Assembly (NCBI GenBank): GCA_039028615.1
Contig: JBCCHT010000047.1
Coordinates: 30,891-94,890, forward strand
DNA from: Myxococcota bacterium
Lineage (GTDB): Bacteria; Myxococcota_A; Polyangia; Nannocystales; Nannocystaceae
Reading direction: 5' to 3'
DNA length: 64,000 bases
Position numbers and translations under genes: made by a program. The first letter of the stretch is position 1. Each line of letters begins with the position of its first letter. This document shows, piece by piece, positions 33,472 to 44,733 of the stretch. A model generated the notes under the pieces. That model worked only from the letters and a program-made list of their open reading frames with translations. It was not told the origin of the DNA and searched no databases.

Positions 33472-34506
33472 ATGATGACCCGCGAGCCCGCCCCCGCCCG
33501 ACTGGTGAACGACGGCCGAATTCGCTTCGGCATGTTCGACGGCCCGGTGCGTGAGCCCAACCTGCTCGATGCCCATGCGCCGCTGGGAGTTCGCCTCCCG
33601 CGGGTGATCCAGGCCCTGCGCCTCAAGGAGTGGCAGGCGATTCAGCTGGGCAACGGCCGGTTCTTCGTCCTGGTCGCGCTGTTTCACGCCAAGACCATGG
33701 CGCTGGCGCAGATCAAGGTCTTCGATCGCAAGACGGGCGAGAAGCGGCTGTTCGAGCGCAAGCTGCCGCCGTGGTCCTTCGATGTGGCCCAGGGGTTGTG
33801 CGGCACGGCGACCACCTGGGAGTCGCGAGGCGCTCGCCTGAGCTTCGACAACCGCTTCGACCAGGGCACGCTCGAGCTGTCGGTCGACATCCCCGCCGGG
33901 CGCAAGAGCCCGCGCATGCACGGCCGCGTGCAGATCGATGTCGCCGCCGCCGAGTCGGTGGTGGTCAGCCTGCCCTTCGACGAAAACCGCGGCATGTACA
34001 GCCACAAGGGCTGCTTCCCGTGCTCGGGGCGCCTGCAGGTCGGCGACGATTGCATCGAGTTCGGCGAGGAGGGCGGCTTTTGCCTGCTCGACGACCACAA
34101 GGGCTTTTACCCCTACGTCATGAAGTGGGACTGGGTGACCGGGGCGCGGGTGGAGGGGCAGCGCGTCGCGTTCAACCTGACGCGCAACGACAACACGCAG
34201 CCCCAGCGCTGGAACGAAAACGCGCTGTTCATGGACGGGCGAATCCACCATCTGCCACCCGTGACCTTCGAGCGCCACGGCGAGGGCCCCGGGGAGCACT
34301 GGCTCGTACGCGATGAACAGGGACGGGTGGACGTGCGCTTCGACGTGGTGCTCGACGGGCGTGTCACCGTCAACGCGTTGATCGCCGAGAGTCGCTATCG
34401 CGGGCCCTTCGGCGACTTCTCGGGCACGCTGGAGCCCGAGGGGGGACCCGCGGTCACCGTCGACGGCGCCTTCGGCATGGGCGAGCAGTTCTATCTGCGG
34501 ACGTAG
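33472..34506 (+). CDS. DUF2804-like protein
   Basis: GRIRFGMFDG, RLKEWQ, LDDHKGFYPY..KWDW, NENALF, YRGPFGDFSG, GMGE. Confidence 0.7.
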   Translation: MMTREPAPARLVNDGRIRFGMFDGPVREPNLLDAHAPLGVRLPRVIQALRLKEWQAIQLGNGRFFVLVALFHAKTMALAQIKVFDRKTGEKRLFERKLPPWSFDVAQGLCGTATTWESRGARLSFDNRFDQGTLELSVDIPAGRKSPRMHGRVQIDVAAAESVVVSLPFDENRGMYSHKGCFPCSGRLQVGDDCIEFGEEGGFCLLDDHKGFYPYVMKWDWVTGARVEGQRVAFNLTRNDNTQPQRWNENALFMDGRIHHLPPVTFERHGEGPGEHWLVRDEQGRVDVRFDVVLDGRVTVNALIAESRYRGPFGDFSGTLEPEGGPAVTVDGAFGMGEQFYLRT

Positions 34507-34638
34507 CTCGCAACGGGACACCGGATGTCGCCGATCCGGTGGCCGCAATCGAGACTCTCGACCATTGTCGTGGTGACTGCAGTCACCACCGCCCGCCGCC
34601 GACAGGACACGGCCTCGCGTCACGTGGTACGACCGAAG

Positions 34639-35262
34639 ATGGCGATGCGTAGCATGAGACGTTGGGGACTGGGGTTGGGGGCCATTGCACTGTCCGTGGC
34701 CGGGTGCATCATCGTGGATTCGGGGAGCCCGCCGCCTCCTCCGCCGACCACCGATTCGTCGATGGGCACCGAGGGCGACGACACCGATGACGAGAGCACC
34801 ACCAGCGCGGCGACGGGTGCGACCGAGGGGGTCGATTCCACGGGCAGCGGCGACGGTGGCTGCGAGGTGGGCGAAGAGGGCTGCGAGTGCACGTCCGGCG
34901 GCGTGTGCAACGAAGGGCTCGAGTGCCTCTCCGGCTTGTGCGTCAATGTGGCGTGCCCGACCGGCACCGAAGGTTGTGCCTGCACGCCCGGTGGCGCCTG
35001 CGATCCGGGACTGACCTGCGCGTCGGGTCTATGCGTCGAAGGGAGCTGCACCCCCGGGACCGAGGCCTGTGCGTGCACCGAGGACGGGACCTGCGAGCGC
35101 GGTCTGACCTGCCTTTCCGACCTGTGCGTGGATGCGGGCGCCCAAGCTCCGTGCCAACTCGGGACCGAGGGCTGCGATTGCACCCCAAATGGGTCGTGTG
35201 AGCCGCTGTTGACGTGTTTGTACGGCACCTGCATGGACGTGGAGGTCTCGGCGGTGAAATGA
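34639..35262 (+). CDS. Cys-rich repeat lipoprotein
   Basis: VAGC lipobox, Thr/Ser/Asp linker, four C..G.EGC.C...G.C..GL.C...LC repeats. Confidence 0.85.
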   Translation: MAMRSMRRWGLGLGAIALSVAGCIIVDSGSPPPPPPTTDSSMGTEGDDTDDESTTSAATGATEGVDSTGSGDGGCEVGEEGCECTSGGVCNEGLECLSGLCVNVACPTGTEGCACTPGGACDPGLTCASGLCVEGSCTPGTEACACTEDGTCERGLTCLSDLCVDAGAQAPCQLGTEGCDCTPNGSCEPLLTCLYGTCMDVEVSAVK

Positions 35263-35269
35263 TCCGAGG

Positions 35270-37042
35270 ATGCCCGATTCTCGCGTTCCGTTGCCGGGGA
35301 GTGCCCACAAAGACCTGAGTCCACTCGAGGTCGAGTCCAACGAGGGCTTCGGGTCCCTGACCTTCGATATCGACCTCCTGTTGCGTCCGCGGAGTGGCGA
35401 GAGCCCGGCCGAAGCGGCGGCGAAGCTCGACGACGTGCCGCTGCACGAGCGCCAGTATCTGACCCACGACGAAGTCGAAGCGCGCTACGGCGCCGACCCG
35501 GCCGACGTGGCCAAGCTCCAGCGGTTCGCCGACGAGTTCGGGCTGAAGTTGATACACGCCAAGCTCGAAGAGCGTCGGGTGCGAGTCGAGGGCACCGTGA
35601 GCGCCTACGGCAAGGCCTTCAGGGCGCAGCTGCGGGAGTTCCGAGACGAGGGCGGTTCGTTCATTTCCCACGTCGAGCCCCTGGAGGTGCCCTCGTATCT
35701 GGGTGGCATCGTCGAGCGGGTCCTGGGCCTGCACGGCAAGCCCGCCATCGAGCCCGATCTGTACTGGCGGGGAGCCAGTGCCCACCAGCGGGCCGCGACC
35801 GACCCGACGGGCGAGGTCGGCAACCCCGATTTCAGCGCGCCCGATGTGGCCCAGCTCTATGACTTTCCCGCGTCGACGGGGGCAGGCCAGGTCGTCGGCG
35901 TCATCGAGCTGGCCGGCGGGTACCAGCCCAAAGAGATCGAGCAGTACTTCCGGCACGTCGGGCTCTCGCAGAAGCCCACGCTGGTCAACGTCGGTCCCAA
36001 CGTGCGGGCGCCCCGGGTGTTGTCGAACATGGAAGTCACCATGAACGTGCAGCTGGTGGCCTCCGTCTGCCCCGACGCCACCACGGTGGTCTACAACGCC
36101 GCCAGCAAGACCTACTCGCTCGACGACTACTACGGGGTGTTCTCCACCGCGATCCACGATCGTGTGAATCGCCCCTCGGTGCTGTCCAACAGCTGGTCGT
36201 GGAGCGAGCTGTTCGCCCAGGGCACCGACCTGTCGCACTTCGATCGGCTCTTCGCCATCGCGTCGCTGCTCGGTATCACCATCTGTGGCTCGGCCGGCAA
36301 CTCGGGGGCGCAGACCCTGCACTTTTTCGAGGACCGGCCCGCCATCGTGCCGAGCGTTCGCTTTCCCTCGTCCAACCCCCGGGTGCTCGCCTGCGGAGGC
36401 ACGAGCCTGTTCGCGTCCGGCGGGGAGATACGCAACGAGGTCGTCTGGGACCGCTTGGCCGACCACCTGCGCATCGTGCAGACGGCCGGGGGGCGACGCG
36501 ACATCGCCAACAGCCACGGCATGGCGAGCACGGGCGGGGTCAGCCGCATGCACGGCCGGCCGGCGTATCAAGACGGCGCCGACATTCCCGTGCTGCGCCA
36601 CTACGCCTGGCACAACGGTGAGCTGCGAGACATCGAGGAGCAGGCGGGCAGGGGGGTGCCCGACGTCGCCGCCAACGCGGATCTCGAGACGGGTTATCGC
36701 TTCGTCTTTCTCGATCCGCCGGCCGCACAGGGGCCCGAAGCCGGGATCGAGCTGCCGGAGGATGGGCTCGTGGTCGGCGGGGGCACCAGCGCGGCCACGC
36801 CGATGTGGGCGGCCCTCGTCACCCGCATCAACGAAGGGCTCGGGCGCCGCGTGGGCACCCTTCAGCCTTCGCTGTACCGACTCGTCGTCGACCAGGGCAC
36901 GCCGGTCTGTCGCCGCATCACCCACGGCGAAAACGGCGGCTACGCGGCGCATCCCGAGCTGGTGTGGAATGGCTGTACTGGACTCGGCACGCCCCGCGGC
37001 AAGGCCTTGCTCGCCGCGCTGCGGGCCATGTCGAGCGAGTGA
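35270..37042 (+). CDS. S53 (sedolisin/kumamolisin-like) serine protease with atypical catalytic residues
   Basis: Prodomain (YLTHDEVEARYGADPADV), LYDFP, GAGQVVGVIELAGG, GRGVPDVAANAD, GGTSAATP, CTGLGTP. Confidence 0.88.
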   Translation: MPDSRVPLPGSAHKDLSPLEVESNEGFGSLTFDIDLLLRPRSGESPAEAAAKLDDVPLHERQYLTHDEVEARYGADPADVAKLQRFADEFGLKLIHAKLEERRVRVEGTVSAYGKAFRAQLREFRDEGGSFISHVEPLEVPSYLGGIVERVLGLHGKPAIEPDLYWRGASAHQRAATDPTGEVGNPDFSAPDVAQLYDFPASTGAGQVVGVIELAGGYQPKEIEQYFRHVGLSQKPTLVNVGPNVRAPRVLSNMEVTMNVQLVASVCPDATTVVYNAASKTYSLDDYYGVFSTAIHDRVNRPSVLSNSWSWSELFAQGTDLSHFDRLFAIASLLGITICGSAGNSGAQTLHFFEDRPAIVPSVRFPSSNPRVLACGGTSLFASGGEIRNEVVWDRLADHLRIVQTAGGRRDIANSHGMASTGGVSRMHGRPAYQDGADIPVLRHYAWHNGELRDIEEQAGRGVPDVAANADLETGYRFVFLDPPAAQGPEAGIELPEDGLVVGGGTSAATPMWAALVTRINEGLGRRVGTLQPSLYRLVVDQGTPVCRRITHGENGGYAAHPELVWNGCTGLGTPRGKALLAALRAMSSE

Positions 37043-37045
37043 AGG

Positions 37046-37447
37046 TCAGGGGCGGGCGGCCACCGCTTCGACCTCGAAGCGAATCTCGGGCGTGGCCAGA
37101 CCGGCGACCCCGAGAACGGTCTGGGTCGGAGGATTGGCGCCCCAGTGCGAGCCCACGATCTTCCCCACGGTCCCCAGCTCTTCGAAGCCCAGCCCGACCA
37201 CGTAGGTGCGCAGCTGCACGACGTGGCTCAGGTCGAGCCCGTGCGCGGCCAGGGCGACGCCGACATTGCGGAACGCCTGCTGGACCTGCTCGGCGAACCC
37301 GTCGGAGACCACCGAGCCGTCCGGGCGGGAGCCGTACTGGCCCGCCACGAATACCAGGCCTGCGCCTGCGGAGACGCTGGCGGTGTGGCTATAGCCGTAG
37401 GCGCTGGGGTCGTGCAGATCGGAGGGGTTGAGCATGCTGTGCGACAT
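37046..37447 (-). CDS. RidA/YjgF family protein
   Basis: YGYSH, LVFVAGQ, QVQQAFRNV, TVLGVAGLA.P..RFEVEAVA. Confidence 0.9.
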   Translation of the reverse strand: MSHSMLNPSDLHDPSAYGYSHTASVSAGAGLVFVAGQYGSRPDGSVVSDGFAEQVQQAFRNVGVALAAHGLDLSHVVQLRTYVVGLGFEELGTVGKIVGSHWGANPPTQTVLGVAGLATPEIRFEVEAVAARP

Positions 37448-37514
37448 GCCGCTCGTTGTGACAGACGGTGATGTCAGCTATATGTCATATTTCTAGGCGG
37501 ACCCTGGCGACCCC

Positions 37515-38153
37515 ATGCGACGTACGGATCGGCTGTTTGCAATCGCGGAGCTGCTCCGAGCCCGCCGCACCGGAATCACGGCCGAGGCCCTCGCCGAGCG
37601 CTTCGGGGTCTCCGTGCGGACGATCTATCGCGACCTCGAAGGCCTGCGCGCGGCCGCCTTGCCCGTGATCGGCGAGCGCGGCCGGGGTGGGGGACTGGCG
37701 CTCGACAAGGCCTACTCCCTGCCGCCCGTCAACTTCACCGCTCGCGAGGCCGCCATCCTGGTCACCGCGGGGCGCTGGCTCGAGCGCACGCGGCAGATGC
37801 CCTTCGTCGAGACCATCCGCTCCGCCATCGACAAGGTCCAGGGGGCGCTGCCCGCCGCCCGCCAGCGAGAGGTGCAGCGCCTGCTGTCGTCGCTGGCGTG
37901 GATCGGCGTGCCCGCGCGGGCGGCCTCGGCCGAGGTGCGGGAGGCCGTCGAGCAGGCCTGGGTCACCGAGCGCCCGCTTCGCATCACCTACGACGGCTCG
38001 CGCGGGGTGACCGAGCGCAACGTGCGTCTGAAGACGGTGCTCATCGAGCGCACGATGACGCTTCTCAACTGCCAGGTGCTCGAGACGGGCGAGGCGCGGC
38101 AGTTTCGCATGCACCAGATCCTCCGCGCCCACGTCGTGTCGGATTCGCCCTAG
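37515..38153 (+). CDS. YafY-type HTH/WYL transcriptional regulator
   Basis: MRRTDRLFAI, LAERFGVSVRTIYRDL, GERGRGGG, LPPVNFT; degenerate WYL domain. Confidence 0.88.
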   Translation: MRRTDRLFAIAELLRARRTGITAEALAERFGVSVRTIYRDLEGLRAAALPVIGERGRGGGLALDKAYSLPPVNFTAREAAILVTAGRWLERTRQMPFVETIRSAIDKVQGALPAARQREVQRLLSSLAWIGVPARAASAEVREAVEQAWVTERPLRITYDGSRGVTERNVRLKTVLIERTMTLLNCQVLETGEARQFRMHQILRAHVVSDSP

Positions 38154-38256
38154 AAACAGCTCCTCGGGCGAGCCCTCCGCCGCCTTCGGTGATGCCCGGG
38201 TCACACGCGACCCTTCGAGGTCGGCTGGCCGCCGAGCTTCATGGTAGGAGACCACC

Positions 38257-41196
<2,940 letters not shown>

Positions 41197-41263
41197 GCGA
41201 GACCGAGCCGCCGGCCGACGTCCGGTCTGCGGGCCTGTGCTCATTCGTCGTACGATCGCCGGG

Positions 41264-41716
41264 ATGGACGAGCTGGCGATACGACGCATGCGGGCGGGGT
41301 TGTGGGTCTCGTGGGTGCTCGCGGGCTTGGTGCCCATCGGGATCGTCGGCGGATTCCTCGTCGGGCAGCACGTGTCGTCGCCGGCCGGGATCACCATGCT
41401 CATCGCCGCCATGGCGGCGGAGGTCATTGGCCCGCCGATTGCGATCGCCATTGGGTTTCATGTCCGTCGCCGGGCAATGCCGGCGGTGTCCACGGGGCGG
41501 GCCTGGGTTGCAGTGGCGTTTTACGCCGTCGCGCTCGTACTGCTCGCCGTGGGGGTCTCCGGGCTCGTTGGTGGGGCGAAGGCCGGGTCCATGGGGTTGG
41601 GGTTGGCGATTGGGGGGTTGATGGCGGGGGTTGGGTCGGTGGTGCCTTGGCTGGTTTCGGTCGTCGTTGGCAGTGTTTGGACCAGTCGATTGCTTCGGGA
41701 TGTGTCGCCGAAGTGA
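41264..41716 (+). CDS. Hypothetical membrane protein (about 4 TM)
   Basis: Four hydrophobic segments; GC3 bias weakens in the 3' half. Confidence 0.6.
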   Translation: MDELAIRRMRAGLWVSWVLAGLVPIGIVGGFLVGQHVSSPAGITMLIAAMAAEVIGPPIAIAIGFHVRRRAMPAVSTGRAWVAVAFYAVALVLLAVGVSGLVGGAKAGSMGLGLAIGGLMAGVGSVVPWLVSVVVGSVWTSRLLRDVSPK

Positions 41717-41728
41717 AGGCTCGGGAGC

Positions 41729-41936
41729 GGGTTGGGAACTGCTCCCGAGGCGGCTTGGAGTGCTTGGAGGTTTGGTGGTGAATGTTCGAATGAAGGGCTT
41801 GCCTGTTTAACGGCTGGAACCCTCCCCGGACGTGCTCGGCGGCCGTGGGACCTGGGTGTTTCTCGACAGCTGTCGGCGGCCGCCTCCGCGCGACCGGGCC
41901 CCCTCCATCCTACGCGGCTTCGCTTCAGCCCTCCCC
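41729..41936 (+). repeat. Intergenic repeat element, left arm (locus 1)
   Basis: Near-identical reverse complement at 42553-42759; core ggaaccctccccggacgtgctcggcggccg...ccccctccatcctacgcggcttcgcttcagccctcccc recurs at 62.4-64.0 kb. Confidence 0.95.
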
Positions 41937-42156
41937 GGGACTCTGACTCCCGTGCGTGCGGTTGTGGCGGAATGCTGGGGTGGGGAGTGATTGGGTTCGC
42001 GAATAGGGGGCGTTTCAGCCGGTGTCGGGTCTTATGGCGAATGGCGACAGAGCGCTGAGCTTCACAGCGTGTGGCCATGAGCGTGGTGTGAGCATCGAGA
42101 CCTCGAACACGATTCGAGGACACCATTCGCCGACCACCCAGGATCCGGTGCCGCCA

Positions 42157-42537
42157 CGTTCGACGACTCCAGCCTCCGGGCCAAAGATCTAGAAGCAAGC
42201 CAAAACGCCACCCAAGCAGGGCCCACACCGTCGTTCGACGACTCCAGCCTCCGGGCCAAAGATCTAGAAGCAAGCCGAAACGCCACCCAAGCAGGGCCCA
42301 CGCCGTCGTTCGACGACTCTAGTCTCCGGGCCAACGATCTAGAAGCAAGCTCTACGCCACCCAAGCAGGGTCCACGTCATCGTTCGACGACTCTTGTCTC
42401 CGGGCCAAAGATCTAAAAACAAGCCAAAACGTCGCCCAAGCAGGGCCCACACCGTCGTTCGGCGACTCCAGCCTCTGGCCAAAGATCTAGAAGCAAGCCA
42501 AAACGTCACCCAAGCAGGGCCCACACCGTCGTTCGAC
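42157..42537. repeat. 74-75 bp tandem array, five units plus a partial sixth
   Basis: cgttcg anchors at 42157, 42232, 42307, 42381, 42456, 42530; unit cgttcgacgactccagcctccgggccaaagatctagaagcaagccaaaacgccacccaagcagggcccacaccgt. Confidence 0.95.
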
Positions 42538-42552
42538 CGGGAGGTCGAGTGC

Positions 42553-42759
42553 GGGGAGGGCTGAAGCGAAGCCGCGTAGGATGGAGGGGGCCCGGTCGCG
42601 CGGAGGCGGCCGCCGACAGCTGTCGAGAAACACCCAGGTCCCACGGCCGCCGAGCACGTCCGGGGAGGGTTCCAGCCGTTAAACAGGCGAGCCCTTCATT
42701 CGAACATTCACCGCCGCCCCTCCAAGCACTCCAGCCCCCGCAGGAGCAGTTCCCAACCC
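42553..42759 (-). repeat. Intergenic repeat element, right (inverted) arm (locus 1)
   Basis: Reverse complement of 41729-41936. Confidence 0.95.
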
Positions 42760-42779
42760 ACCCGGGACCCCGAGCACCG

Positions 42780-43712
42780 TCACCCAACGGGCAGCAACAT
42801 GTGCTGCAACCCCGGCATCAACGGTGAAGAGCTCGGCTCCGTCTCTCGCAGGATCGCCTTGGCCATCTCGTGCGCCGACGAGTACCGCTCATCCCGGTCC
42901 TTCGACAGCGACCGCCGAATGATCGCCTCCACCCGCGGGTCGACGAACAACCCCGGCACGGCGTCGCCCATCGCGGGCACCGGGTCCTTGACGTGCATCC
43001 GCAGCATCTTCGCCGGGTTGTCGGTCTGGAACGGGGTCACCCCGGTCAGCAGCTCGTACGCGATGATTCCCACCGTGTACAAGTCCGCTCGCGGATCCAC
43101 CGTCTCTCCGAGGCACTGCTCGGGCGACATATAGGGCGGCGTTCCGATCAGCTGCCCCTTGATGGTCAGCGACCGCCCCGGCCCTTGGCCACCGCGCAGC
43201 ACCTTCGCGATGCCGAAGTCGAACACCTTGACGAACTCGGTGCTGCCCATGCGCTCGACGAGGAACACGTTCTCGGGCTTGATGTCTCGGTGCACCACGC
43301 CTTGCTCGTGCACGGCCTGCAGCGCGGCCAGCAACTGCAGCAAGATGGGCTGCACCCGATCCCACGGCACCAGTCGCTCGCGCGCCAGCGTGTCGGCCAG
43401 GTCCTCGCCTTCGAGGTACTCCATGACCATGAACGGGCGCCCGTCGTCGGTCTCGCCGAAGTCGTTGATCTCGACGACGTTCTGGTGGTGGATCTTGGAG
43501 GCGGCCTTGGCTTCCTGGAGGAAGCGCACCGTGAGTGAGGCATCGCGGGTCAGCTCGCGGGCGAGGACCTTGATGGCGACGGCGCGACCGATGGTGTCGT
43601 GCTCCCCGCGGTAGACCTGCGCCATGCCTCCGTCGCCGAGCAGTTGGCCGATCACGTAGCGACCGGCGACGCGGGTCCCCGGCGGTATGAGATCGGAATC
43701 GGGCGCGCTCAT
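42780..43712 (-). CDS. Cytoplasmic Ser/Thr protein kinase (kinase domain only)
   Basis: LGDGGMAQVY, VAIKVL, HRDIKPEN, DFG, GTPPYMSPEQ. Confidence 0.93.
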   Translation of the reverse strand: MSAPDSDLIPPGTRVAGRYVIGQLLGDGGMAQVYRGEHDTIGRAVAIKVLARELTRDASLTVRFLQEAKAASKIHHQNVVEINDFGETDDGRPFMVMEYLEGEDLADTLARERLVPWDRVQPILLQLLAALQAVHEQGVVHRDIKPENVFLVERMGSTEFVKVFDFGIAKVLRGGQGPGRSLTIKGQLIGTPPYMSPEQCLGETVDPRADLYTVGIIAYELLTGVTPFQTDNPAKMLRMHVKDPVPAMGDAVPGLFVDPRVEAIIRRSLSKDRDERYSSAHEMAKAILRETEPSSSPLMPGLQHMLLPVG

Positions 43713-43847
43713 GTCCAAGGCGCATCGTACCCGATGGCGCCCAGGAAAGGCGGTGGGGCAGGCCCTGTTGCCGATGGGGTGATCGTGGGGGAGGCGCCAC
43801 GGGGGCGCTCGCGTAGGCGCCCCCACGGCTGCTACGCTCCGGGCCCG

Positions 43848-44717
43848 ATGCTCGGCATCAGCGTCACTTCCTGGAGCGTTGCGCTCGGTCTCGTCTTGGT
43901 CGGCCCCACCTCCGAGATCACGTCGGAGACGAGTCGACCCCTCGAACGAGGGGGCAACGTCGCGGACGCGCGGCCCGAGATCACTTCCGAGCGCGCTGCC
44001 GATTCGGCACGCCGGGCCGAGCCGATGTCGGGACGAGTCGAGCCGGACGCCGCGATCGAGGCCGAGGCGCCGTCCGAGACCACGGCCGTCCTCGAGGCGG
44101 ACGCGACCCCCGAAGCCGAGGGCACGCCCGACGCCGAGCCGACTGCCGAAGCGCAGCCCGACGCGGATACAGCGGTCGCCGAACCCACGAGCGAAGGCGA
44201 GCCGAGTCCCGCCGAGCCGGCGACCGACGCCGAGTCGGATCAGGGCGAGCCAGAGGTCGCCGACGAGGCCGACGCCGCGTCGGACGAGCCGGACGGTGAA
44301 GACGAGGACTTGTTCGGGGACGATGCCGACGACGAGCCGTGGCCCGACGACGAGCCGGTCGAGGACGACGTCGGCCCGGAGGTGGCCGACGACTACGATC
44401 CGCTCCGCGACAGCCCCCAAGCCTTGCGCGCGCGTCACTGGGTACGCGGCGGCATCGTGGTGATGTCGAGCGGCGGTGCCTTGCTCGTCGGCGCGATCCT
44501 GCTGGGCAACTCCGACCCCTGCAATCGCGCCGTGGGTAACAGCTGCCAAGAAGAGGCCCGCAATCGAGCCGCGGTCACCATCGGCATTCCGGCGGCCGCG
44601 CTGATCATCGGTGGCGCCACCGCGCTGGGCATCGGGCTCAAGCAGCGCCGCCAGATCGCGGTCGACCTGCAGGCGAGCCGCGACCACTTCGGCCTGTCGG
44701 TGCGCGGCCGCTTCTAG
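43848..44717 (+). CDS. Exported acidic low-complexity protein with C-terminal membrane segments
   Basis: Signal-like N-terminus, Glu/Asp/Pro-rich region, two hydrophobic helices, terminal GLSVRGRF. Confidence 0.7.
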   Translation: MLGISVTSWSVALGLVLVGPTSEITSETSRPLERGGNVADARPEITSERAADSARRAEPMSGRVEPDAAIEAEAPSETTAVLEADATPEAEGTPDAEPTAEAQPDADTAVAEPTSEGEPSPAEPATDAESDQGEPEVADEADAASDEPDGEDEDLFGDDADDEPWPDDEPVEDDVGPEVADDYDPLRDSPQALRARHWVRGGIVVMSSGGALLVGAILLGNSDPCNRAVGNSCQEEARNRAAVTIGIPAAALIIGGATALGIGLKQRRQIAVDLQASRDHFGLSVRGRF

Positions 44718-44733
44718 CCGTCGGCTGCGACCC

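Noticed and set aside
42157..42537. Possible CRISPR array
   Set aside because: Units are similar along their whole 75 bp with no unique spacers, and no cas genes are present.
41729..42759. Autonomous IS or transposon
   Set aside because: No transposase ORF and no evident target-site duplication; kept only as a possible non-autonomous element.
41521..42827. ORFs across repeat locus 1
   Set aside because: 74/75-bp units shift frame; translations are repeat artefacts.
43713..44687. Long N-terminal extension of the 42780 kinase
   Set aside because: Antisense to the acidic exported protein; kinase-like sequence begins at 43712.
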